The notes beneath the pieces are model-generated. The model ran no database searches. It worked only from the letters and a program-made list of their open reading frames with translations, and was not told where the DNA came from. Positions 54,416-64,000 of a stretch of 64,000 nucleotides of DNA are shown here, piece by piece. The translations under genes were made by a program, and so were the position numbers. The stretch's first letter is position 1. Every line of letters starts with the position of its first letter. This stretch comes from Botryllus schlosseri (taxonomy: Eukaryota): the NCBI GenBank assembly GCA_051294905.1, contig CM119382.1:7378001-7442000 (forward strand). The letters run 5' to 3'.

Positions 54416-55411
54416 TAGGGATGGTGTGAACCCCGAAAAAGTTCAGGTTCGTGTGAACGCGAACCATTTTGAAAGGTTCTGTGTGAACGCGAACGTGAAC
54501 CTATGACGTCACGTGACGTCATATTGCAAATTCCAACCCTACATTTCAGTGGAGTGATATAATTAATGTCCGCGATACCTAGCGAGGACTCAGGCCAAAT
54601 CATGTCACAATATTGAAGTTCATGCTGATGTCACCAATGTATCAACTGGTTACTGGAGCAATCAAATGCTACAATAAAATCAATATCTTCTGTCGTTTTG
54701 CCAACAATTTCGACGAGGACTTGCAAGGGAATATTAGTTTACGCCTTAACGGCATAGGCCAGATCGGACAATGTATTCGGCGTCTGACATATTGCCACAT
54801 TGATATTGAGCAGAGTGCAAAACGGGTCTCTATACTTTCTACCGATATTACTCTATGAACTGAACAAGTTATACAGTAGCCAAACCCCCAATCGCGCGGA
54901 TTTGTTTTTTATGATACTATAGACATAACAAATCAAGATGGACCCCGTACGCCTGCTAGATTTTTTACATTAGACAACGATGTATTCTTTATCTCAATTT
55001 CACTGATTGTTTGAATAAGCATCATTTGCGGACTTCACACATGTAGTGTATTTCGTTTTTGATGCTGCGTGATTGCGGGTCAAGCTCACAGCAGAGAGTC
55101 ACTAAATATTCACAAACGGAAAGCTGAATATTTCGAATAAACCTTTCTAACAAAGCAGTTCAAATTTTCGAAATTGACAAAGTGCATGCTCGTTTAGTGT
55201 TGATTTTTTTTAGGCTGCCAGCGTCATGCAGACAGTGGTCCGAAGTTGAAATGCAAAGAGCCAAGCTGTTATAATGACGTGAGAAATTGTAATATATGAA
55301 AATAATTCTCAGTGCAGAACCTACCAAGGTTCGTTTGTGAATGTGAACCTGTAAGTTTCGGAGGTTCACACACAGAACGCGAACGTGAACCTCGCGTTCA
55401 CACCATTCCTA
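54416..55411. mobile_element. Non-autonomous TIR element with subterminal GTGAAC/GTTC repeats
   Basis: TIRs TAGGGATGGTGTGAAC / GTTCACACCATTCCTA. Absent from the paralogous block near 13.9-14.1k. No TSD was confirmed. Confidence 0.6.
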
Positions 55412-58132
55412 TTGAAAACCTTAACGTAGTCGGTTCAACAGCTATAGTACGGGGATATTTCATCAAAGGAGCTATAATTACCCTATATTTTCAATTGTCA
55501 ATGGCAATCCACTATGACGTCACAATTGAATATTCCTGCCGTCATGACTTGAGAACAAACAGTAAAAATTAAAATCAGGCTTTAAACATGCTTGTTTTAA
55601 ATTGTTTTTTGCTTTCAATGCAAACCTACGTACGTTCTACAGTGACGCGGCGTGACGGCATACTTTTGAAATTTAAAGATGCATCTTCGCGATGCTATTT
55701 CGCCCGGTTGCTGCTATAATTTCCCTCACGAAGACTCTGTGTACGAAAAGTAGAAAATATAAGGCGAACATGTGTCCCGCATGCGTCGACACCAAGTTGG
55801 CAATAATTGGAGATGCTGAAATGTCCATACCCTGGAACAGATAGCCAGGGGATGGATATTCGAAAGCGCGATAATTGAGTGCCCGACTTGAACAAGTAGC
55901 GCACGTTGCACTGATGAAATATATCATCAAGAAACAAATACCATTGATTTAGTTCAGATTCACGTAGTATGTCGCGCAGACCCAGCCTCTATACATATAA
56001 TGTATTATCCCACCTGGGGATATCCCAGGGATAGTATAAGGTAAACTAACAAGTTCTAAACATCTTTTCTTCGACGCGAATTTAACTAGTAATTGGACAT
56101 TCACAATGGAGCCGGAAGAGACCGAGGAGCTCGGAACAAAGCAGCGTCTGAAGATGTGCAGCGGTATTTATTGAAGACCGTGATCGGTGATGATCAATAT
56201 TATTATTATTATTATTATCATATATATAACCCATAACCATGGTTGCAAGATAGGAGGGAAACTAATGAAATTGGGTGTATTATGCGGATATAGTAATATT
56301 CGGCTTTTGATCACCTTGATATGCTTGACCTTGTTAATATTCCAGTTATTCGTGTATTTGTATAAATTTGCTGATTTCGAAAGTCCACAAGATTGCGGAA
56401 TTCGCCGAATCGAGAAAGAATACTCAACCCAGGATTTTGGCGAATTTGGGGTGTTCATAAAGCTATTCCAAGTCAACTGATGATCCTGCAGCCATCGAAT
56501 TGGATCATTTCCAAGTCCTGGAATGTGACCCTTTGCGGATACGGTGATAAATGATAATCCAAAATGTATGTCATCTGTAGGATGATGTTATGGTAATGAA
56601 AACCCCGGCGCGTGTAAGAAAGCGTTCTTTATTATTCCGATTACTTTTCAATGTTCAGAATGATTATGCTTGTCCCGCTGTGACTGTTATTTGTAAATAT
56701 GTGGCCTCCTCAGTAACTGTAGTCGTCGCAACAGTTAGCTCTGGCACAAGGATATTTTGGATAGAGCCATTAATTCACTTTTTCGCGGCAATATCTTATG
56801 TAGGTTACTTTATAAGGGTCATGTGTAGGACCTGCAACGCTTTCGGCGTCAGTCACTTGAGTCGGAGTTGATTGCAGTCTATTGAATACAATCGTTTGTT
56901 TCAACGACCAATTTCGCTAGACCATCACTAATATATTACATAGCCTACGTGTGGAATCTGTGGATCTTATTGACCATGTTTCATGGCACTCCTTAATTTG
57001 TTCTGGTATTATTTGGACATTTAGCTTTATCCGTAGACACATCTGTTTAACATTGACCCATATTCGCCATGCTACATAGACCAACAATGCTGGAATATTG
57101 GATACCACAGCGTACGATTTTGTATTGCTAGTGCGAAATAATTTTCTCTCAATATATAAACGCACTATGGCGATTACCATTCCAAAAATACTACAGCTAA
57201 TGCAAACCTTGATCCTGACATGTTGAAGGATTAGGTAACGAGAATTGACAAAAATTTACAAGATAAAATCATGACGAAGAAATCGAGCATCCGTTGTATG
57301 AGCAATAGTTGAGATTACAGTTCGTGGGGATAGCGAGCGGGGAGCGTGTTAGGTCGAGTTAGATCGTCACTAAGCTGCTGTTGATTCGCTAGTCCAGGTT
57401 AGAGCTCTTTTCATACGTAGACAGTAGGCTACATAAAGATTCTACTGCAAGTTTTATTATTAGGTATTCAAATAAGTATTATCGTTGTGCTTTACTTGCT
57501 TGTTCGATTTTCTGGCTAGATCACCCTGTATGCGGTTATGCTTGAACAGGACATGAACACTGAACAGATTCGAAATCGGAATCATATATATTTGAAATAT
57601 CATCGATCGCAAATATTCGGGTTCATTTCAATATGAATATACTATTCAATTGCATATTAAAGTTCTCTACCTCCAAGAATGACTTACTTCATTCTACTTA
57701 TATCATGTCTAGCAGAGGACTGGTTTTCCATACATTTGCATCATTTTCATCACTGAAATCGCCATACCTATTCGACAATATACCGCCTGCGTTACGATTA
57801 CAAAATGTAGTTTGGAGATTACACGGTTTTGTTGCACCATGACATTCGCCGGTCTCCGTTAACCATCCTATATGCTTCTTGCGATTTGGAATCGCTAATT
57901 TTAGAGAACGTCGAAGAAAATACTTTTCAGTTGAGTTCAGCCCAGCAAAGTACTGCAGTACTGAGACTCTTCGCTTAAAACCTTATATATCGTAGAAACA
58001 CCTCCTTATATACCTTTTTATGTAGCCGGATTTATTTTTGTCAGCAATGTTCTCGCGTGACGCAAGTATTCCCCGAACTCAGCTCAGTGCCATGAAACCG
58101 GGGGAACTCCCCGGTATACGTTAAGGTAAAAC

Positions 58133-58271
58133 TTGAAGAGCTTCGTGGAGGTACAGAACTTCAATATACAATTAAATAGTATATTCATATTGAAATGAAC
58201 CCGAATATTTTCGGCTGACACTCGTCAGCCGAAAATATTCGGGTTCATTTCAATATGAATATACTATTTAA
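58133..58271. mobile_element. 139-bp hairpin mini-insertion of the Penelope-like family seen at 9.8 kb
   Basis: 12-bp TSD TTAAGGTAAAAC (58121-58132 and 58272-58283). The paralogous empty site lies at ~16415 (GATAAGGTAAAACGTCGAAT). Confidence 0.85.
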
Positions 58272-59649
58272 TTAAGGTAAAACGTCGAATAGACAGAAAG
58301 CAGCATGCGCGCAGTCTCGCACAAGCACGCGCGCAAAACCAACAATGGCATTTACTGGTCTCTTGCTTACCAAAGTGTCCACTGCGAATATGCCGTAGCG
58401 GTGCGCGTAAAGGTGCGACAACTATAGCGAATTCGTATGGTATTTCCCTGGTTCGTGAATTTGCACACTGTTGTCACATTTTAATGCCACAGCTCAACTA
58501 TGCATGATGGATGAAACATAGTATATCGACCCCCATACCCCTTAGCATACGGGTAGTATCATCATTATATACCAGAGTTGGGCGGACCTACTTTATGCGC
58601 GAGCCGCATATGAACATCTTGAGTTTTAAAAAAGCTACCACACAAAAATTCAAAAATACCAATTTATTTTGTCACAATGAAATGTAGACTATAGGACGAA
58701 GTTTAATGTTATGCAGCAGGCCTGTTCAAAAATAACCAATCACCAATCAAGGATAATCCGAGGATTATCAACGAAAAACTCAAATAACAAGTCGAATTTA
58801 TTTTGCATCGTCTTTGAAGACAGCTCAACAATTTCATTGGGTTGACAGAAAAATTTGATTTTTTGCTAAAATTAATTGGATCTGCGGAGTCTTATACTTG
58901 CTAGAATTGAACCAAATTTGGTGTGCAGCGTTTTTTTAGGGTAACCTGATAATTTAATCAGTGAATGACTGGAATCCGGCAAGAAAGTCATGTTTGAACA
59001 GCCCTATTGTGCAGTGATACCTGGGCTGCAAGGTGTTTGAAATCAGGCTGATGTGACGTCAAAGCAGTGCGGAGCAGTTTTTCAAGTGCTGGTGAGCATT
59101 TAAAGGAAGACCATGCGAATTCGCAACAGTTGTCGCACCTTTACGTACATCACTATCCTATATTTGCAGTGGACACTTTGGTTGTTTGGTAGGCAAGAGA
59201 TAAGAAAGCGATCTTGTTGGTTTGCGTGTGCGAGACTGCGCGGCTGCTGCTTCCTGTCTATTCAAGATTTTACCTTATCGTACACCGGGGAGATCCCCAG
59301 GTTACATGGCACTGAGCTGTGTAATCTGTCTTCTTTGGGTAACTCGTGGCAATGTTTTGGTGTTCGGCATCGTAATGACGTTTCTAGTTACTCGCTTTGT
59401 AAATATTGAGCAAATCTTGGCAGATAGGTTGACAATGCCTTTACCTCCATCATTACTAAATGCAAACTCTTCCCCTATTATGTTTTTAAAGTTATATCTT
59501 CCTGCTCATACATTATTTTTCTTGCAATTGTCGATCAACGAAATTTTCTTGGCCGTACTCCGCAGTCATCGCTAGCCTTTACAATACAAACGGAAGAGAC
59601 GCTTAGGAGTACAGAACTTCATGACACATTTGAATAAAATATTCATTTT

Positions 59650-59687
59650 ATTCCCGAAGCTTTTCGGCTGACCCTCGTCAGGGGAAT
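59650..59687 (-). ncRNA. Minimal hammerhead ribozyme
   Basis: AUUCCC-CUGACGA-GG(GUCAG)CC-GAA-AAGCUU-C-GGGAAU: 6-bp helix I and palindromic helix III. Confidence 0.8.
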
Positions 59688-59966
59688 ATCGTCAGCAACA
59701 ATGCGAGAATTCGAATAACTATGTTCAGCAACAATATATATATCGCTAATTATGACGTCACACAGAAAATATACAAAGTTGGGAAAGTTGAAGCTTTTCG
59801 GCTGACCCTCGTCAGGGGAATATCGTCAGCAACAATGCGAGAATTCGAATAACTATGTTCAGCAACAATATATATATCGCTAATTATGACGTCACACAGA
59901 AAATATGCAAAGTTGGGAAAAAGAGAGAACTGCAGCGTTGGCATGGAGATAGCGAAGCAAAACAAG

Positions 59967-60500
59967 TTAATGTGCGATTTTCAAATGATACACAAATTCT
60001 TTCTGTTGGCATAGACTAGGTTTGCTCATAGTGATGATGGTGGACTCAAGAACAGACAAATGAAATAAATTGCGACCCTTAGCCAATATAGAGAACATGT
60101 CCTCGTGATAGTTAGCAGCACACGTATGATTTTCTAGTAAATGTTTGCCTATAGAAGATTTTTGAACCATGGCCTTGTTATGTTCAAGAACAAGCGGATT
60201 GTTAAGCTGCGAATTTGAGATATAAGATTTGACAGACGGTGGAATGTGTTCTTTGATACGGTCCTGCAACCGTTTGGAAGTTCTCCCGACGTACCGACAA
60301 TCACAGTGGCACTTGAATTCATAAATTACGTTGCTTTGTTTTATAGCCGGGAGAACGTCCTTTCGGGTTGCAGGAAACATTGGTATCGTGGTAAAAACAA
60401 CATTGGTTTTCACCGCTGGATAACAGCGGTAGACTGCTGAAGTTATTTGTTTCTCAAATCGATAAGAAACCGGGCCAATCCAAGGAAGATGAATGTACAC
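59967..60500 (-). pseudogene. GIY-YIG endonuclease region of a Penelope-like polyprotein (fragment)
   Basis: NVIYEFKCHC...YVGRTSKRLQDRIKEH...SSIGKHL. The RT domain is missing. Confidence 0.85.
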
Positions 60501-60860
60501 ATCCCTATTTTCACGAGAAATTACTTCGGGGGTTTCTTCTGGTTTGGTATCATTCCAATGACTTAACTTTTTACTTATTGTCCGCTTAATAACATACTCT
60601 TAATAACATACTCTTAATAACATACTCTGGGTATCCGTTGTCGATGAAAATTTTACGGATGTAGTCAAGTTCATTATTCAATTTGACTTCGGAACAAATC
60701 ATCAACGCCCGGTGAACCAAGGTGCCGATTAAATTGATTAAATTATTAATTTAAATTAATAATAATAATTAATTAAATTGATTAAATTGATGTCATAATT
60801 AGCGATATATATATTGTTGCTGAACATAGTTATTCGAATTCTCGCATTGTTGCTGACGAA

Positions 60861-60898
60861 ATTCCCCTGACGAGGGTCAGCCGAAAAGCTTCGGGAAT
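60861..60898 (+). ncRNA. Minimal hammerhead ribozyme (inverted copy)
   Basis: ATTCCC CTGACGA GGGTCAGCC GAA AAGCTT C GGGAAT. Confidence 0.8.
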
Positions 60899-63800
60899 AA
60901 AATGAATATTTTATTCAAATGTGACAAACGGAAGAGTCGTATCACCATTGTTAGCCCGGAAATGATCATGACCTGCGCTACCGTGATTAATTATATCAAG
61001 TTCATTGTTGAACAAAGTCATTGATTGATGACCAATTGAACATCCACCATCGTTGCAGGTGAAACGCTTATGCGAAGTTGTTGTCTCGATTCGAGAGTTC
61101 AATTATAAAGCTATAGCCCTAGTGTTCCCGCCACCGTAAATGGTTGGTATCGATCCGTTTATATTCATTTATATTCGAGGTGAACAAAGTCGCGAATGTA
61201 TTTATTCTTTATTTCATGGTTGTTTTCCCATGATACATGGACGAATAAAATACTTGAAACCCCATAAAGCGGTATATACGTGTTTGATTGTTTAGATTGA
61301 CGCATATCGTCAATATACCGAGTGGAACTGAATATGGTTCGTTTGTGAAAGCGAACCTCTGAATTGTCAAAGTTGTAATATATGAATATTACACCAATCG
61401 TGACTATAGGCTACGTTTCGAAACACCACACATTCTTTATTTTTATTCTAGAAGCATTTTCCTAAGCACCGATTACCGATTAAATAACTGACATACATCG
61501 TCGAAGATCAACGAAATTTCTGCAACACTGAATATCTTGACAACAAGCCAGCGGTTTGAGGATGTCGTCTGGGCCAACGTCAACTCCTTCCGTTATCATC
61601 CCTCAATTACCTGAAGGTGGGTCAGTTGTGAACGTTGGGCTCAGTCGCCGAGACAATCACAAATCCGTGCGTTTCAGCCGCTAACACTGACGTTTACGTG
61701 CTTTGCCCATATCCCGAAGTAACGAATCATCGTATTGCATCGTTTACGTTCATGCCCGTAAGAATATATGAATGGGCGATATGCGAATGGGCGGCAAACG
61801 GATTCCATTATTTTGGAACAGAGTGCTGGATAAAGTGCTTCAGGTCAGTACTCCCCTGTCACCCATTGCGTCAGCCTATTTTACACACCAAAAAGTGCAA
61901 TTTTCCTGCCTTGACGGCCCGCTATACTTAAGATCTTTTTTTGTAATCCGGGAAAGCGGAGCGAATAGTGGTGTAAATATTTCCTCAGCTAAAACGAAGA
62001 GCCCCGAACGTCGAGTTAGAACTCCGGGAATTTCCGGTGTGGCCGTCATCCCGATCCTCGCGTATTTAAAAACGACCAAGTCATAATTGTGGCAGGCCGA
62101 GGTGGGAAGTTATTGAAATTTTACGTTCCACCAATGACGCTAGGCTAGACCATATTGATAACTCGGCGCTGTAGATGTATAGGTAGGTTTGCATTAAAAA
62201 CAAGTGGTTGTTTAAAACACTTCGTTTAAAACATGTTTTAAGCAGTCCTTTAAACAGAGGCCCTTAAAAAATGTTTTTTTTCAAGTTGTAAAATCATGCC
62301 ATATTTGTGTAAATACTTTCCAAAAAACATGTATGAGCCTACGGACAATTACCACCGTGTACAGCCGACGTACACGATATGGTATGGTTGGAACCCTGAA
62401 AATAGTCGGTTCAACAGCTATGGTACGTAGATATTCTCTATATCAGTGGTTCTTAACCTTTTTTCCTCCAGCGCCCCCTTTCAAAAATCATCGTGCTCCA
62501 GCGCCCCCCAACCGCATATTGTGAGGAATGTAATAAAGGCAATGAGTAAGAGGGAGGGCCGTAACAGCACTTCGTCATCCCCCCTAAAAATGATTGCCTT
62601 GCGCACCCATAGCGTGATAAACCAAACTTCCGAGGGCTTCGCCCCCAAGAACCCCGTAGCGTGATTTCGATGGTCAGCAAAGTTTGTGTGGCATGGTCGC
62701 CCTAGGTAACAAAATTTTCTATAATGCATGAATGAATAGGTGGTAATTACATATATAAGTCGCTATAAACTTTTCATCCTCTCAGCCCACGTAATCAGAT
62801 TTTTACCAGTAGCGCTGATTGAGCTGTTGTATGGGAAGATGGAGGGCACGTAATTAATAATTAAACATATTCGTGCGTGCCCGTAGGTACAATTAATTCG
62901 TTACCAGGGCCGTAACAGCACTTCGTCAGCCCCCCCAAAACGTTGGTCTTAGCCCCCCACATCGGGTGATAAACCAAACTTCCGGGGGCTTCGCCCCCAG
63001 ACCACTTTTCGGCTATCCACTATTTGCTGATACTAGTCATCTACATTGGGTGTCCATTTACTGAGCCAGGTATTCCCGCCTAGACGCGCGAAGCGCGAAA
63101 AATTTCAATAATTATTGATTGAATTGGTAAATATGATCGGGAATTGCATGAATATTGATATCAAATTTTATCCTCTCTCTGCTCACGTAAACAAATTTAC
63201 CGGTAGAGCTGAGTGATGTGTGATTGAAAAGGTAGGGCCCCTCAATAATAATTATACATCTTCGGGCGTATACCCGTTGGCAGGAACGAAACGGCAATTC
63301 CTCAGGCCCCCCGAAAAAACTTGGGTCTTGGACTCCCATAGGGTGATAAACCGACCGCGCCCATCACGTTGTTCGTTTTGCCACGAAATACGCTGTACTG
63401 TTTAGCGAGCCAGTGCGAAGTGCGAAAACTTTCGATAATTCATGATAAAATCGGTTAGTAAGATCGGGAATTGCATATATATTGCTATTAATTTCTTGTC
63501 CTCTCTGCTCACGTTACCAGATTTACCGGTAGAGCTGAGTGAGGTGCAATGTTCCGTCTAAGCTGCTCACGTGCGCAGTGCTGACATGGTATCTGTGCAC
63601 AGAAAATCTACGTTGCGCACAACTAATCCGAAGTTTTGACCCTTTTTAGTCGTTACGCACTGTTGTCTATGGGTCTGCGCAGTGAGTTTATTGAGTGTGC
63701 GCAGACTCATCAAAACGTGGAGCAAACAATGTGAGGTGTCTTGGAAACTGTAGGGCCCGTAACTAATAATTAAACATATTCGGGCGGGCGAACCCGTTGG

Positions 63801-64000
63801 TATGACTTCGTTGCATGATGTTATTTCGTGACCTCCTGTCTGCTATATCAAAAAATATAGAATCGCCCAACAGGGATATCGCCCAACAAGAATATCTAGT
63901 TTTAGATATCCCTGTCGACCAATCGTACTAAACTAAAAGACGAACACGATTTCAAATTGGTATTTCTTCACTGGCATATAATTTTTCCCTGCCGGATGGA

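Larger units (their letters stand above)
59581..60925 (-). mobile_element. 5'-truncated Penelope-like element with tandem and inverted 3' (pseudo-LTR) copies
   Basis: 3' segment duplicated at ~59650-59790 and 59790-59920, and inverted at ~60790-60925. The upstream frame reads HRALMICS...NGYPEYVIK, interrupted by a 14-bp triplication near 60586-60627. Confidence 0.85.
53075..61850 (+). repeat. Copy 2 of the segmental duplication, expanded by extra insertions
   Basis: Colinear similarity to 12179-18075. Confidence 0.8.

Overview
AT-rich animal genomic DNA, with spliceosomal introns and many decayed transposons; an invertebrate host is inferred and not identified. The window carries parts of a tandem IAP (BIR/RING) gene cluster on the minus strand: BIR exons at 11-2341, a terminal RING exon at 52228-52421, and a ~6-9 kb colinear duplication. 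Between them sits a ~25 kb, all-minus-strand reverse-transcribing element (~25.9-51.1 kb). In sense order it encodes: an IS1595/Merlin-type DDE transposase; a class-I-like fusion glycoprotein; a paralogous mucin-stalk glycoprotein; four small accessory ORFs behind internal promoters; a polypurine tract; a single ~2.6 kb TG...CA LTR-like segment; a tRNA-Thr primer binding site; a small membrane ORF; gag; a -1 frameshift signal; and pol (protease, RT, RNase H). Pol ends in a Tpt1/KptA RNA 2'-phosphotransferase domain and has no integrase. No terminal LTRs were found and every gene occurs once, so the locus reads as a circularly permuted retroviral-type genome (a 1-LTR circle) opened between pol and the transposase. 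The inference is an enveloped, integrase-less retroelement that inserts through a captured DNA-transposon transposase. Its exact ends and target-site duplication could not be resolved by eye. The flanks also hold Penelope-like element remnants with minimal hammerhead ribozymes, hAT-type elements and MITEs.
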